From assembly GCA_021832305.1 (NCBI GenBank), contig JAKBLB010000002.1:44794-108793 (forward strand): a stretch of DNA of 64,000 bases, written 5' to 3'. The stretch is from Pseudomonadota bacterium (GTDB lineage Bacteria; Pseudomonadota; Gammaproteobacteria; Burkholderiales; Ferrovaceae). A program made the position numbers and the translations under genes. Positions 54,956-64,000 of this stretch are shown piece after piece; position 1 is the stretch's first letter, and each line of letters starts with the position of its first letter. The notes under the pieces were generated by a model that was not told the DNA's origin, did not search any database, and was given only the letters and a program-made list of their open reading frames with translations.

Positions 54956-57522
54956 GCAAGAGCGTCACCGACGCATCCCGGGAAGTGGAGTCCCTCCAGG
55001 AAGATATTTGGGCTGTGGCGAGGGAAAAACGCATGCATGAGATCATCCTGAAAATTGCCAGTGATGGTCTCCATGTTCTGGACGCCAAAGGCCTTCTGGT
55101 CACCATGAGTGACTCCTTTTGTGCGTCTTTGGGTTATGAACGCAGTGAATTGCTGGGAAAGCACATTTCCTTCTGGGATGCGTCCTTCCAGCCGGGGGCT
55201 TTTGAGGAGCGCGTGGGTTCATTGCAGGAAATGAATGACCTGACCTTTGAAAGTCAGCACCGACGCAAGAATGGTCAGGTCATCGATGTGGAAGTGCATG
55301 CGCGTGGATTTCAGGTGGAGGGAGAGGGTCTGTTGTTCTGTTCTTCCCGCGATATTTCTGCGCGCAAGCAATCCGAATCCCTGATCCGGCTTCAGGCTGG
55401 GGCCCTGAACAACAGCGTCAATGCCATTGCCATTGCCGATGCCACCTTGCCCGATTTTCCCCTGGTGTATGTCAACCCGGCTTTTGAACGGATTACGGGT
55501 TATTCGTCGGTGGAGGCCATCGGGCGCAACTGCCGCTTTCTCCAAAGGGATGATCGCGCCCAGCCGGAGTTGATGGCCGTGCGCGTCGCCCTGACGAGCG
55601 GGGTTCCCGTCAAGGCGACGGTGCGTAATTACCGCAAGGATGGCGGCATGTTCTGGAATCGTTTCCAGATTGCGCCCGTCCACGATAAAGACGGTGGATT
55701 GACTCACTTTGTGGCCATCATCAACGATGTGACCGAGCGCAAGTTATCCGATGATTACATTCGTCTGGTTTCGCAGGTATTTCTGCATGCCGACGAAAGC
55801 ATCTTCATCACGGATCCCGAGGGGCATATCATCGAGGCCAACCCGGCTTTTACGCGGACCACCGGTTACAGTCGTGCGGAGGTGCTGGGACGAACCCCCG
55901 GATTTCTTCAGTCAGGACATCACGATCCGGATTTTTTCTCCAATTTGTGGACCAAGGTTCTGGAACAGGGGCATTGGTCCGGGGAAATCTGGAATCGGCG
56001 CAAGAACGGCGAAATCTATCCGGATAAACTGACCTTGTCGGTGGTGCGCAATGAGGATGAGACCATCCTCAGTATCGTCTGCGTGTCCTCCGATATCACG
56101 GTGCTCAAGGCACACCAGAACGAATTGGAAATGATTGCGCTGCACGATGTTCTGACCGGACTACCCAACCGTGCCCTGCTCAACGATCGGCTGAGCATGG
56201 CTCTGGCCGACGCCCGCCGTTTCGGTAAAAAAATGGCCCTCTGTTTCATCGATCTGGATGGGTTCAAACCGATCAATGACCAGTTTGGTCATGACCGGGG
56301 AGATCAAGTCCTGGTGACCGTGGCCCAGCGCATGACCGCCACCCTGCGCGCCACGGATACCGTGGCGCGGTTGGGCGGCGACGAATTCGTGGTGGTATTG
56401 TCCGAGGTCAGCAACGACCAGGAATTGATCGCCACCCTGCAACGGATCATGGCTGCCATTGCCTTGCCCCATACCTTTGGGGATCAGGAAGTGGTGGTGT
56501 CTTCAAGTTTGGGCGTGACGGTTTACCCGGATGACGAGGTGGATGCCGAAACCCTTTTGCGCCATGCCGATCAGGCCATGTATCGAGCCAAGGGGAAAGG
56601 GCGCAACTGTTTTCATTTCTTCGATGTGGTCGACGAGCGTAACGCGCATCTGCGCACGGAAGGACGAACCCGGGTGGAGCAGGCTCTGGAGAGTCATGAA
56701 TTTGAACTGTATTATCAACCCAAGGTGAATCTCGGCACGGGACAAATACTGGGGGTGGAAGCCCTGATTCGCTGGAATCATCCGCAGCAGGGCGTACTGC
56801 TGCCCAAGGAATTCCTGCCCATGATAGAAAATACAGACGTTGAAACACGGATTTCCGAGTGGGTCATCGAAAGTGCCTTCAAACAACGGGAAGACTGGAA
56901 GGCCGTCGGACTGGACTTTGGGGTCAGCGTCAATCTGCCGGCCCGTCATTTGCATACGCCTGGATTTTCCGAATTCATCGGTCGGATGATGCAACGCTAT
57001 CCCACCGACCGGACCCTCAATTTTGAACTTGAAGTGCTTGAGTCCATGGCCTTGTGGGATATTCCCCAAGTCACTCAGGCCATGGAAGCCTGCCGTCGGC
57101 ATGGGGTGAGTTTTGCCATCGATGACTTTGGGACAGGGTATGCGTCGCTGGATTATCTCCGGCGTTTGCCGGTGAACGTGATCAAGATAGATCAGAGTTT
57201 CATTCGGGACATGTTGACCGATCGGGAGGATCTTGCGATCGTGGAAGTGGTGATCAACCTGGCTGAGGTGTTTCGCAAGGAGGCCATTGCGGAGGGCGTG
57301 GAGACGGAAGAGCAGGGAATTGCCCTGATTTGCCTCGGCTGTACTCAGGCCCAGGGTTTCGGTATTGCCCGACCCATGCCGGCACAGCGGGTGGCGGACT
57401 GGTGTCGACAATACCAGCCGCCCGTGTCCTGGCAGGAGGCCAGCAAAAATCGACCTGCACGGTTGACTTCCTTGCCCGACAAAATCGACTGGTCACAGTA
57501 CACCCTGAGTTCCGCACGCTGA
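54952..57522 (+). CDS. PAS-LOV-PAS-GGDEF-EAL c-di-GMP enzyme
   Basis: GRNCRFLQ (55522-55545), GGDEF with RATD I-site, EAL, DDFGTGY, KIDQSF, AEGVE. Confidence 0.93.
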   Translation: MSKSVTDASREVESLQEDIWAVAREKRMHEIILKIASDGLHVLDAKGLLVTMSDSFCASLGYERSELLGKHISFWDASFQPGAFEERVGSLQEMNDLTFESQHRRKNGQVIDVEVHARGFQVEGEGLLFCSSRDISARKQSESLIRLQAGALNNSVNAIAIADATLPDFPLVYVNPAFERITGYSSVEAIGRNCRFLQRDDRAQPELMAVRVALTSGVPVKATVRNYRKDGGMFWNRFQIAPVHDKDGGLTHFVAIINDVTERKLSDDYIRLVSQVFLHADESIFITDPEGHIIEANPAFTRTTGYSRAEVLGRTPGFLQSGHHDPDFFSNLWTKVLEQGHWSGEIWNRRKNGEIYPDKLTLSVVRNEDETILSIVCVSSDITVLKAHQNELEMIALHDVLTGLPNRALLNDRLSMALADARRFGKKMALCFIDLDGFKPINDQFGHDRGDQVLVTVAQRMTATLRATDTVARLGGDEFVVVLSEVSNDQELIATLQRIMAAIALPHTFGDQEVVVSSSLGVTVYPDDEVDAETLLRHADQAMYRAKGKGRNCFHFFDVVDERNAHLRTEGRTRVEQALESHEFELYYQPKVNLGTGQILGVEALIRWNHPQQGVLLPKEFLPMIENTDVETRISEWVIESAFKQREDWKAVGLDFGVSVNLPARHLHTPGFSEFIGRMMQRYPTDRTLNFELEVLESMALWDIPQVTQAMEACRRHGVSFAIDDFGTGYASLDYLRRLPVNVIKIDQSFIRDMLTDREDLAIVEVVINLAEVFRKEAIAEGVETEEQGIALICLGCTQAQGFGIARPMPAQRVADWCRQYQPPVSWQEASKNRPARLTSLPDKIDWSQYTLSSAR

Positions 57523-57984
57523 TCAGTGTATGGTGCCCGTGTTGCTTTCATCCGGGCCGGTCATCTCTCCTTCTTCTGCCGAGGCGGGAGAAGAACTCTC
57601 GAAAACCACGATGGTGGGACTCCCGGTGACCATGGGTGTTTTTTCTTCGGAAACGTTCAGGTGGGTCAGGACGGATTGAATCAGTTTCAGTTGAAAAATG
57701 GTGAGCGCCTGCAGAGTGGCCACCAGGACGACTGGAGAGGTCTGAGCTGAAAGGGGCGAGGTCAGGCGTGACAGGGCTTCGTCCAGGGGGACGGCAGGAT
57801 CCTGGGCACCGGTCTGCAACGGATCGCAAGCCGCAGGAGCCAGGAGGGTGGCACTCACCTGGGGAGACTGGCAATAGGGGCAGGTGACATACCCGCGCCC
57901 ACGCTGGGCTGAAAAACTCTCTTCAGAAGCAAACCAGCCTTCAAACCCATGCCCCAAAGCACACTTCAGCGAATAAAGAACCAT
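57523..57984 (-). CDS. DUF1178 family protein
   Basis: LKCALGHGFEGWFAS...CPYCQS. Confidence 0.82.
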   Translation of the reverse strand: MVLYSLKCALGHGFEGWFASEESFSAQRGRGYVTCPYCQSPQVSATLLAPAACDPLQTGAQDPAVPLDEALSRLTSPLSAQTSPVVLVATLQALTIFQLKLIQSVLTHLNVSEEKTPMVTGSPTIVVFESSSPASAEEGEMTGPDESNTGTIH

Positions 57985-58073
57985 AAACCACACACCCAGA
58001 AAATGGACTGCCCATTTTAGCACGGATTTTATGCTCTCCCTCCTGAGCAAACGGATGCACGATGGGGTCCATG

Positions 58074-59408
58074 TTAACGATGGAGATTGAGGGCGACAAT
58101 CCCTCCGTTTGGGGGAGGTGGGAACGAGACCTGAAAACAGGATCCCTGTCCCGGTGCAGACTTCACCGATATTCTGGCCCCCATGAGTTTTGTCAGGCGA
58201 CGGACGATGGACAGACCCAGGCCTGTTCCTTCTTCGGAATGGTTGATTTGATAGAACTCCCTGAATATGAGCTCCTGCTCTGTGTCGGCAATGCCCTGTC
58301 CGGTATCCGCCACATAGAGCAATGGATCTCCCTCTTGGGATGATGAAGTCGTGACATGAACTTCTCCCTGTTCGGTGAACTTGATGGCATTGTCGATCAA
58401 GTTGCGCGCGATTCGAGCCACCGCCAATTTGTCCCCGGAAATTTTGACAGGGTTGAGCGTTCGCCGAATTTTCAAACCCTTGGCAGAAGCACTCGAATCA
58501 AATTCATCGCAAATATCGGCAACAGCGGTGTCCAATGAAAACACATTCTGTTGCGTCGGGTAATTTCCCGCAGAGATTTTTGAGAGATCCAGTACGTCGG
58601 CCAGCATTCGTTCCAGATCCCGGACGATATGATCGATGTTTTTTCGGGTTTCCTGGAGGGTTTGTGCCGAAGGGTGGGAGACCAGCACGGCACCATAAAG
58701 AGACAGTGCATGAAGGGGTTGGCGCAGATCATGGCTGACGGTTGAAATGATGCGATCACGTTCCTGGCGGATCAGAACAGAGCGATAGAGCAAGCGTTCG
58801 CTTTCGGTGGCCACCCGGATCAGAAATAACCAATAAACGAGGGTCAGGCCCATAACGGCCCAACTTTTGTCCGGGTGCAGTCCTATCCAGGGGATCGTTG
58901 CGCCCAGCAATACCAGGAACGAATACGCTGCCGTCATGTATCTGGAGGAGACTGCCACGGACACCCCGGCAGCGGCAACGGAGAACAGGATGATCTCGAT
59001 CAGCGACTGGGATACGAAAGAAAGATGGCGCAGGAAGAGAACGGCGGATAAACCGGTACTGGCGCCAGCCAAGGCATCCAAAGTCATGAATGCGGCATGG
59101 AGCCGCTTCGGGTCCAGTTTGTCGACACGAGGCAGAACCCACCACGCAAGGGCAGCACGGAGCAATTCCACGCCCAGCGCCAGCGCACACCATAATATAA
59201 AGGTTGAGAGAGGTACGGACGGGTAGACGATCCAGCCCACTCCGCCAATGAAAAATAATTGAACGAGGGGCATGTGCAGCAGTACCCTTGCGTGAAGGGT
59301 CACGACCTCCCGTGTCATTTCCTGCTTCAATGGGGAGGTGGGGGGATGGTCAGTCAATGCATGATTTGGGCCGAACCATGTGCGCAGCCAGCAGGGAAAG
59401 ACACTCAT
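58074..59408 (-). CDS. Membrane sensor histidine kinase
   Basis: Several TM helices, H-box SHDLRQPL, NLIDNAIKFT, DTGQGI, GTGLGL. Confidence 0.92.
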   Translation of the reverse strand: MSVFPCWLRTWFGPNHALTDHPPTSPLKQEMTREVVTLHARVLLHMPLVQLFFIGGVGWIVYPSVPLSTFILWCALALGVELLRAALAWWVLPRVDKLDPKRLHAAFMTLDALAGASTGLSAVLFLRHLSFVSQSLIEIILFSVAAAGVSVAVSSRYMTAAYSFLVLLGATIPWIGLHPDKSWAVMGLTLVYWLFLIRVATESERLLYRSVLIRQERDRIISTVSHDLRQPLHALSLYGAVLVSHPSAQTLQETRKNIDHIVRDLERMLADVLDLSKISAGNYPTQQNVFSLDTAVADICDEFDSSASAKGLKIRRTLNPVKISGDKLAVARIARNLIDNAIKFTEQGEVHVTTSSSQEGDPLLYVADTGQGIADTEQELIFREFYQINHSEEGTGLGLSIVRRLTKLMGARISVKSAPGQGSCFQVSFPPPPNGGIVALNLHR

Positions 59409-59409
59409 T

Positions 59410-60021
59410 TCATTGGGGACGCAGGTACAAGAGGTTGGTCTTGGTGATGGCCTCGACTCGGTTCTTTACCCCGAGAATCCGAAAAAGGTCGGATATATGA
59501 TCCTTGACCGTATATTCGGAGAGGGACAGTTCCTTGGCGATCGATTTTGTGGAAAAACCGCGACTGAGGGCATACAGAACTTCACGTTGGCGGGGGGTCA
59601 GGTTGGGCAGGCCGGAGGAGAGAGGGATATCATCCTCATCATGGGGGAAAAAGAACTTCCCCTCCAGAGTATGTTTCAGGGCATCCAGAAATTCTTCGGA
59701 AGACAGACTTTTGGGAATGTAACTCATGGCCCCGGCTTCCATACAGGCACGCACGGTCGAGGGATCATCCGAACCTGAAACGATGATTACGGGCACGTCA
59801 GGGGATTCGAGTCTGATTCTTTTTAAAACGGGTAGTCCACGTTCTTGTCCGAGGTTGAGGTCGAGGAGACAGGAGGTTAGATCGGGGTGTTTCGCCAGCA
59901 TGGACAATGCGTCAACAACCGTATCTGCCTCGAAGAGCATGGCATCAGGACGGATAGAGGACAGCAACAGGCGCAACCCGTCACGAAAAAGTGCATGATC
60001 ATCCACCATGAGCACCTTCAT
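59410..60021 (-). CDS. NarL/LuxR-family response regulator
   Basis: VDDH, LLDLNL, YIPKS; LTPRQREVL...TVKDHISDLFRILGVKNR HTH. Confidence 0.93.
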   Translation of the reverse strand: MKVLMVDDHALFRDGLRLLLSSIRPDAMLFEADTVVDALSMLAKHPDLTSCLLDLNLGQERGLPVLKRIRLESPDVPVIIVSGSDDPSTVRACMEAGAMSYIPKSLSSEEFLDALKHTLEGKFFFPHDEDDIPLSSGLPNLTPRQREVLYALSRGFSTKSIAKELSLSEYTVKDHISDLFRILGVKNRVEAITKTNLLYLRPQ

Positions 60022-60255
60022 GGAATCCCCATCTTCATTGATTGGCCATCGTCGCTTTCACCGACTTCCTTCTCCTGCGTTGATTTTCCCATCATTTTTC
60101 GCTTGATGGAAGCGATCGGGTTGTCTGAGATTATAAGCAAAAACGATGCCGTGATTTGCAACACGTTGAAATATCGTTGTAAATTCTTTCAGCTGAAAAA
60201 TTTCCGGTCAAGAATGTAATAAAATCTGACACCTCCGTGTGAAAGATCTGGGGGG

Positions 60256-62079
60256 TCACCGGGCCTTGTCGTATTTCTGCTGGAGTTCCTCCCAACGCAG
60301 GAATGCCTGTTCCAGTTGGTGGGTGAGTTCACTTTGCTGCTGACTCAGGCGCTTGACCTCATCGGGTGCATGACGGTAGAGAGACCCGTCTGCCAGTTGC
60401 CGGGCCAGTTCGATTTCCTCGTTTTCCAGGCGGGCGATGGTGTCTGGAAGGGTTTCCAGTTCCTTTTGCTCCTTGTAGGACAATCGATCGGCCGGGGCTT
60501 TACGGGGTTTGATCGAAGGGGGAGGGTTCGTTTTGGCAGTTTCAGGGGATGCACTGACGGGAGAATCCTTGTTTTCCCGAGTTTTTTTTCGTTGGGCCAA
60601 GTAACGGATCCAGTCGCTGTAACCCCCGGCATTCTCCGTGACGATGCCCTGACCCTCCAGGACCATGACCTGGGTGACGACCGCATCCAGAAAGGCGCGG
60701 TCGTGGCTGACCAGGAACAGGGTGCCGGGATACTCGATGAGCAGGGACTCCAGCAATTCCAGGGTTTCGATGTCCAGGTCGTTGGTGGGTTCGTCCAGGA
60801 CCAGCACATTGGACGGGCGGGCAAACAGGCGCGCCAGGAGCAGGCGGTTGCGTTCCCCCCCGGACAGGGAGGCTACTTTGGCGCGCGCGCGTTCGGGCGG
60901 AAACAAAAAGTCACCAAGATAACTGATGACATGTTTGCGCGTGCCGCCGATCTCGATAAAGTCGGACCCCGGACTGATGGTTTCCACCAAAGTGGCCGAA
61001 GAGTCCAACTGTTCGCGCCATTGGTCGAAGTAGGCAATGTTCAGGCGGGTGCCGCTGCGCACGGTTCCTTCATCGGGGACGTGCAAACCCAACAAGGTTC
61101 TCAGCAGCGTGGTTTTTCCTACCCCGTTGGGTCCCATGATGCCGATCTTGTCGCCGCGCTGGATGCGTGTGGAAAAGCCTTGCACGAGGATATGGTTGTC
61201 GTAGCGCAACGTCACCTCCTGCAATTCGGCGATCAGTTCCCCGGAACGGTCCCCGGAATCCACGGCCAGACGGACCGACCCGATCTGATCCCGGCGCAGG
61301 GCGCGCTCGCGGCGCAGTTCTTCGAGCCGTCGTACCCGTCCCTCATTGCGGGTGCGACGTGCCTGGACCCCCTTGCGGATCCATACCTCTTCCTGACTGA
61401 GCAACTTGTCGAAACGACGCTGTTCGAGGGCCTCGGAGGCCAGTTGCTCGGCCTTGCGGCGCAGGTAGTCGGCAAAGGACGTACCGAAAGTCGATAATTT
61501 TCCTCGATCCAACTCCACCACGCGGGTGACGACCTGATCCAGGAAATGCCGGTCATGGGTGATGAACAGTACGGCACCGGGAAAATTTCTCAAGGCCCCT
61601 TCCAGCCGTTCGATGGCCGCCACATCCAGATGGTTGGTGGGTTCATCCAGGATCAGCAGATCCGGTTCGCCGACCAGGGCGCGGGCCAGGGCGACACGTT
61701 TTTTCCATCCCCCCGACAGTTGGCCGACTCGTCCTTCCGGGTCGAGCCCCATTTGGGAAAGTTGCCGTTCCACCTGATAAGACGCCACGGGCAATCCGCC
61801 TTCGGTCAGCCCTTGGGCCACCGCGTCAAAGATCGACGATTCGGGGTCCAGTTCGGGTTCCTGCGGAACATACCCCATCCTGAGGCCGGGCTGGCGCCAG
61901 ACCTTGCCCTCGTCCGGGGTGAGGGTGCCCAGTACGATGCGCAAGAGGGTGGATTTTCCGCCGCCGTTGCGACCGATCAGACCGATACGTTCGCCGGGGT
62001 CGATCTGAAAGTCGATGTGATCGAGCAAGGGGTCCAGCCCGAAGGCCAGGGACACAGCATCAAGGAGGATGAGGGGCAT
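60256..62079 (-). CDS. uup: ABC-F ATP-binding protein Uup
   Basis: GRNGGGKST, LSGGWKKR, DEPTNHLD, GVQARRTRNEGRVRRL, LSYKEQKEL C-terminal domain. Confidence 0.94.
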   Translation of the reverse strand: MPLILLDAVSLAFGLDPLLDHIDFQIDPGERIGLIGRNGGGKSTLLRIVLGTLTPDEGKVWRQPGLRMGYVPQEPELDPESSIFDAVAQGLTEGGLPVASYQVERQLSQMGLDPEGRVGQLSGGWKKRVALARALVGEPDLLILDEPTNHLDVAAIERLEGALRNFPGAVLFITHDRHFLDQVVTRVVELDRGKLSTFGTSFADYLRRKAEQLASEALEQRRFDKLLSQEEVWIRKGVQARRTRNEGRVRRLEELRRERALRRDQIGSVRLAVDSGDRSGELIAELQEVTLRYDNHILVQGFSTRIQRGDKIGIMGPNGVGKTTLLRTLLGLHVPDEGTVRSGTRLNIAYFDQWREQLDSSATLVETISPGSDFIEIGGTRKHVISYLGDFLFPPERARAKVASLSGGERNRLLLARLFARPSNVLVLDEPTNDLDIETLELLESLLIEYPGTLFLVSHDRAFLDAVVTQVMVLEGQGIVTENAGGYSDWIRYLAQRKKTRENKDSPVSASPETAKTNPPPSIKPRKAPADRLSYKEQKELETLPDTIARLENEEIELARQLADGSLYRHAPDEVKRLSQQQSELTHQLEQAFLRWEELQQKYDKAR

Positions 62080-62187
62080 GAGCAGAGGATCTTCAAAGTG
62101 ACGGGCAACAACGCGCGCGGGAGAGAATGGTACCGCAACGGGTGGGGAGCGCGGGATTTTTGTTTGAGGGGGAACTTCGACTCATGC

Positions 62188-63408
62188 TCAGAGGTAGCCC
62201 ACGGGAATGGCATCGATTTCCGCCGACAGGGGGATATCCTGCTGGCGTAGACACAGTACGGCTCCGTGGCCGACAGGTTGGTTGAGTTTGGCAAGCAAGC
62301 CAAAATGATGGGTGGAATTTTGGCTGGGGGTAGCGGATTTTTTGATTTCTATGGGATAAAGGGTATTGTCTTGTTCAATCAGAAGGTCGATTTCTTTTTG
62401 GTCCTTGTCACGATAGAAATAAAAATTGGGGGTTTTGCCGTTGTACCAATAACTCTTCAGCAGTTCAGAGATTACCCAGGTTTCGAGGATGGCTCCGGAA
62501 AAGGCCCCGGCTTCCAAGGCTTGCGAGGTTGACCATCGGGTGAGGTAGGCACAAAGTCCGGTATCCAGGAAATATATCTTGGGCGTTTTGATCAGTCGAT
62601 GGGTCAGGTTGTTATGGTAGGGTTGCAAGAGGTAAACCAGTCCTGAGGCTTCCAGAGCGGACAGCCAGGCCTTGGTGGTTTTTTGGTCGATGCCGACATC
62701 GCGTGCGATATCGGCATGATTCAGAAGTTGACTGGTGCGGGCAGCGATGACCTGGATGAATCGGTAAAACGCACTTTCATTGGTGATTTTGATCATCTCC
62801 CTGATATCTCGTTGAATGTAGGTTTGAATATACGAGTTATAGAACAGATCGGTGGAGAGTTCCGGTTCCGAGACGACCCTGGGGTAACTGCCGCGCCAGA
62901 TGCTGTGATAAAGGGTTTTCAGATCGGTTTCATGCGCTTGGCGACGCGCTTGACGAAGCCACTCCGTGGTGGGTAGGAAAGGAGGGGCAGGATCATCGCG
63001 TCCCTGGATTTCTGCCTGAGAAAAGCCGTTGAGTTCAAGAATGGCGACGCGCCCGGCGAGACTTTCCGTGACGGAGTGCATGAGGTGGAACTTTTGTGAG
63101 CCCGTCAACCAAAACAGCCCATTGGTCTGACTCCGGTCGACGATCACTTTTATGTGGTGAAACAGGTTTGGCGCGTATTGCACTTCATCGATGAGGATGG
63201 GTGGGGGGTATCGCTGCAAAAACAGGGCAGGATCCGATTCGGCCAAGGTCCTGGCATCCCGGTCATCCAGAGTGACGTAATTTCTTTCTGCCCCGGCAAT
63301 GCTTTTGAGCAATGTGGTTTTTCCCACCTGACGCGGTCCGGTCAATAAAACCACAGGAAATGTGCGGCTGGCCAACAGGAGGTGTGCTTTGAGCGTTCTT
63401 GAACGCAT
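62188..63408 (-). CDS. AAA_14/DUF4143-type ATP-binding protein
   Basis: LTGPRQVGKTT, IDEVQYAP, LTGSQ, KTPKIYFLDTGL, YFYRDKDQKEID, PIEIK. Confidence 0.9.
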   Translation of the reverse strand: MRSRTLKAHLLLASRTFPVVLLTGPRQVGKTTLLKSIAGAERNYVTLDDRDARTLAESDPALFLQRYPPPILIDEVQYAPNLFHHIKVIVDRSQTNGLFWLTGSQKFHLMHSVTESLAGRVAILELNGFSQAEIQGRDDPAPPFLPTTEWLRQARRQAHETDLKTLYHSIWRGSYPRVVSEPELSTDLFYNSYIQTYIQRDIREMIKITNESAFYRFIQVIAARTSQLLNHADIARDVGIDQKTTKAWLSALEASGLVYLLQPYHNNLTHRLIKTPKIYFLDTGLCAYLTRWSTSQALEAGAFSGAILETWVISELLKSYWYNGKTPNFYFYRDKDQKEIDLLIEQDNTLYPIEIKKSATPSQNSTHHFGLLAKLNQPVGHGAVLCLRQQDIPLSAEIDAIPVGYL

Positions 63409-63423
63409 AACATGATCCCGACG

Positions 63424-63446
63424 ATAATGGAATTGGTTTCCATTAT
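63424..63446. promoter_or_regulatory. Inverted repeat ATAATGGAA-N5-TTCCATTAT
   Basis: Perfect 9-bp arms just upstream of the 63408 start codon. Confidence 0.55.
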
Positions 63447-63700
63447 TGGCTATTTTTTGCGGATCATCAAGTTCTCTAACGGGCACTGCAGTTGCCACCT
63501 CTGGAAGGTCAGAACAAACGAAGGATATTTCCCCCAGAAATTTGTTCTGGAATCCCTACGACGGGTTCATCGTAGAGGCAGAGCCATTGGATTCTGTCGC
63601 CCAAGGATCAGAAAGGTGCACTGTTGGCGGACGCGGAAGTATCGATAACTTGTGAAACTCCCGTTACCAAGCGCGTAATAACCGTCTTTTTGTAAGTGTA

Positions 63701-63728
63701 TTGCAAAAAAGTCGCGACTATTATGCAA
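63701..63728. promoter_or_regulatory. Palindrome TTGCAAAAAAGTCGCGACTATTATGCAA
   Basis: 24/28 self-complementary; TATACT at 63735-63740 followed by ATG at 63747. Confidence 0.55.
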
Positions 63729-63746
63729 TGATTGTATACTCCAATC

Positions 63747-64000
63747 ATGAAACGTTACCTCGATGATCTGCTGCTGAACGATCTTGCTGCCAAGGCGGTG
63801 GTGTTGACCGGCCCGCGTCAGGTTGGCAAGACCACCTTGAGCAGGCAGTTGATGCAATCCTTTGACCGTGCCCAGTATTTGAACTGGGATGTAGCGGCAG
63901 ATCGCGCGGTATTGCAACGGCAGTCCTGGAATCCCCGTGCCGGACTGTTGGTGATGGATGAGATTCACAAGATGTCGGGTTGGAAGGCATGGCTCAAGGG
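63747..64000 (+). CDS. Second AAA_14-type ATP-binding protein, 3'-truncated by window edge
   Basis: Read manually (absent from ORF track): MKRYLDDLLLNDLAAKAVVLTGPRQVGKTT...YLNWD...LLVMDEIHK. Confidence 0.88.
   Translation, partial: MKRYLDDLLLNDLAAKAVVLTGPRQVGKTTLSRQLMQSFDRAQYLNWDVAADRAVLQRQSWNPRAGLLVMDEIHKMSGWKAWLK

Noticed and set aside
63446-63655. Short ORF or PIN-toxin remnant (VIDTSA on the minus strand) between the AAA genes
   Set aside because: The motif is followed quickly by a stop and no further PIN residues; not supportable.
1-64000. CRISPR array, rRNA, IS element or integrase
   Set aside because: No regularly spaced repeats, rRNA-like tracts, or DDE/tyrosine recombinase motifs found on reading.

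Overview
Mostly core chromosome of a GC-rich betaproteobacterium. Gene order and protein style are consistent with a Ferrovum/Nitrosomonadales-like organism (inference, not a database result). Conserved blocks: lon-hupB-tRNA-Val-tRNA-Asp...ppiD; fabI/peptide ABC/mltD-gloB/methyltransferase-rnhA-dnaQ; nth-pyrD-ate; csp/clpS-clpA; alaS; panC-folK-pcnB-hda-perM/purM-purN; cysI-DUF934-cysH-cysD-cysN; uup. Main departures from the ordinary: (1) a coupled xfp-ackA-atpG-atpC unit carrying diverged F1 gamma and epsilon genes without alpha, beta or Fo genes; (2) an ~8.5 kb integrase-less islet (Cus-type Cu/Ag efflux plus three LPP20/FlgT-N-like exported proteins) bracketed by tRNA-Asp and a decayed copy of its 3' 50 nt (35/50 identical, gapless); (3) an orphan EexN-like lipoprotein gene coupled to a PAS-LOV-PAS-GGDEF-EAL gene whose LOV domain keeps the photoactive Cys but has Ile at the conserved Gln; (4) two divergent AAA_14/DUF4143-type ATPase genes, each with its own palindrome upstream; (5) a truncated RnfB-like ferredoxin coupled to pyrD. 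No CRISPR array, rRNA, integrase or transposase was seen.
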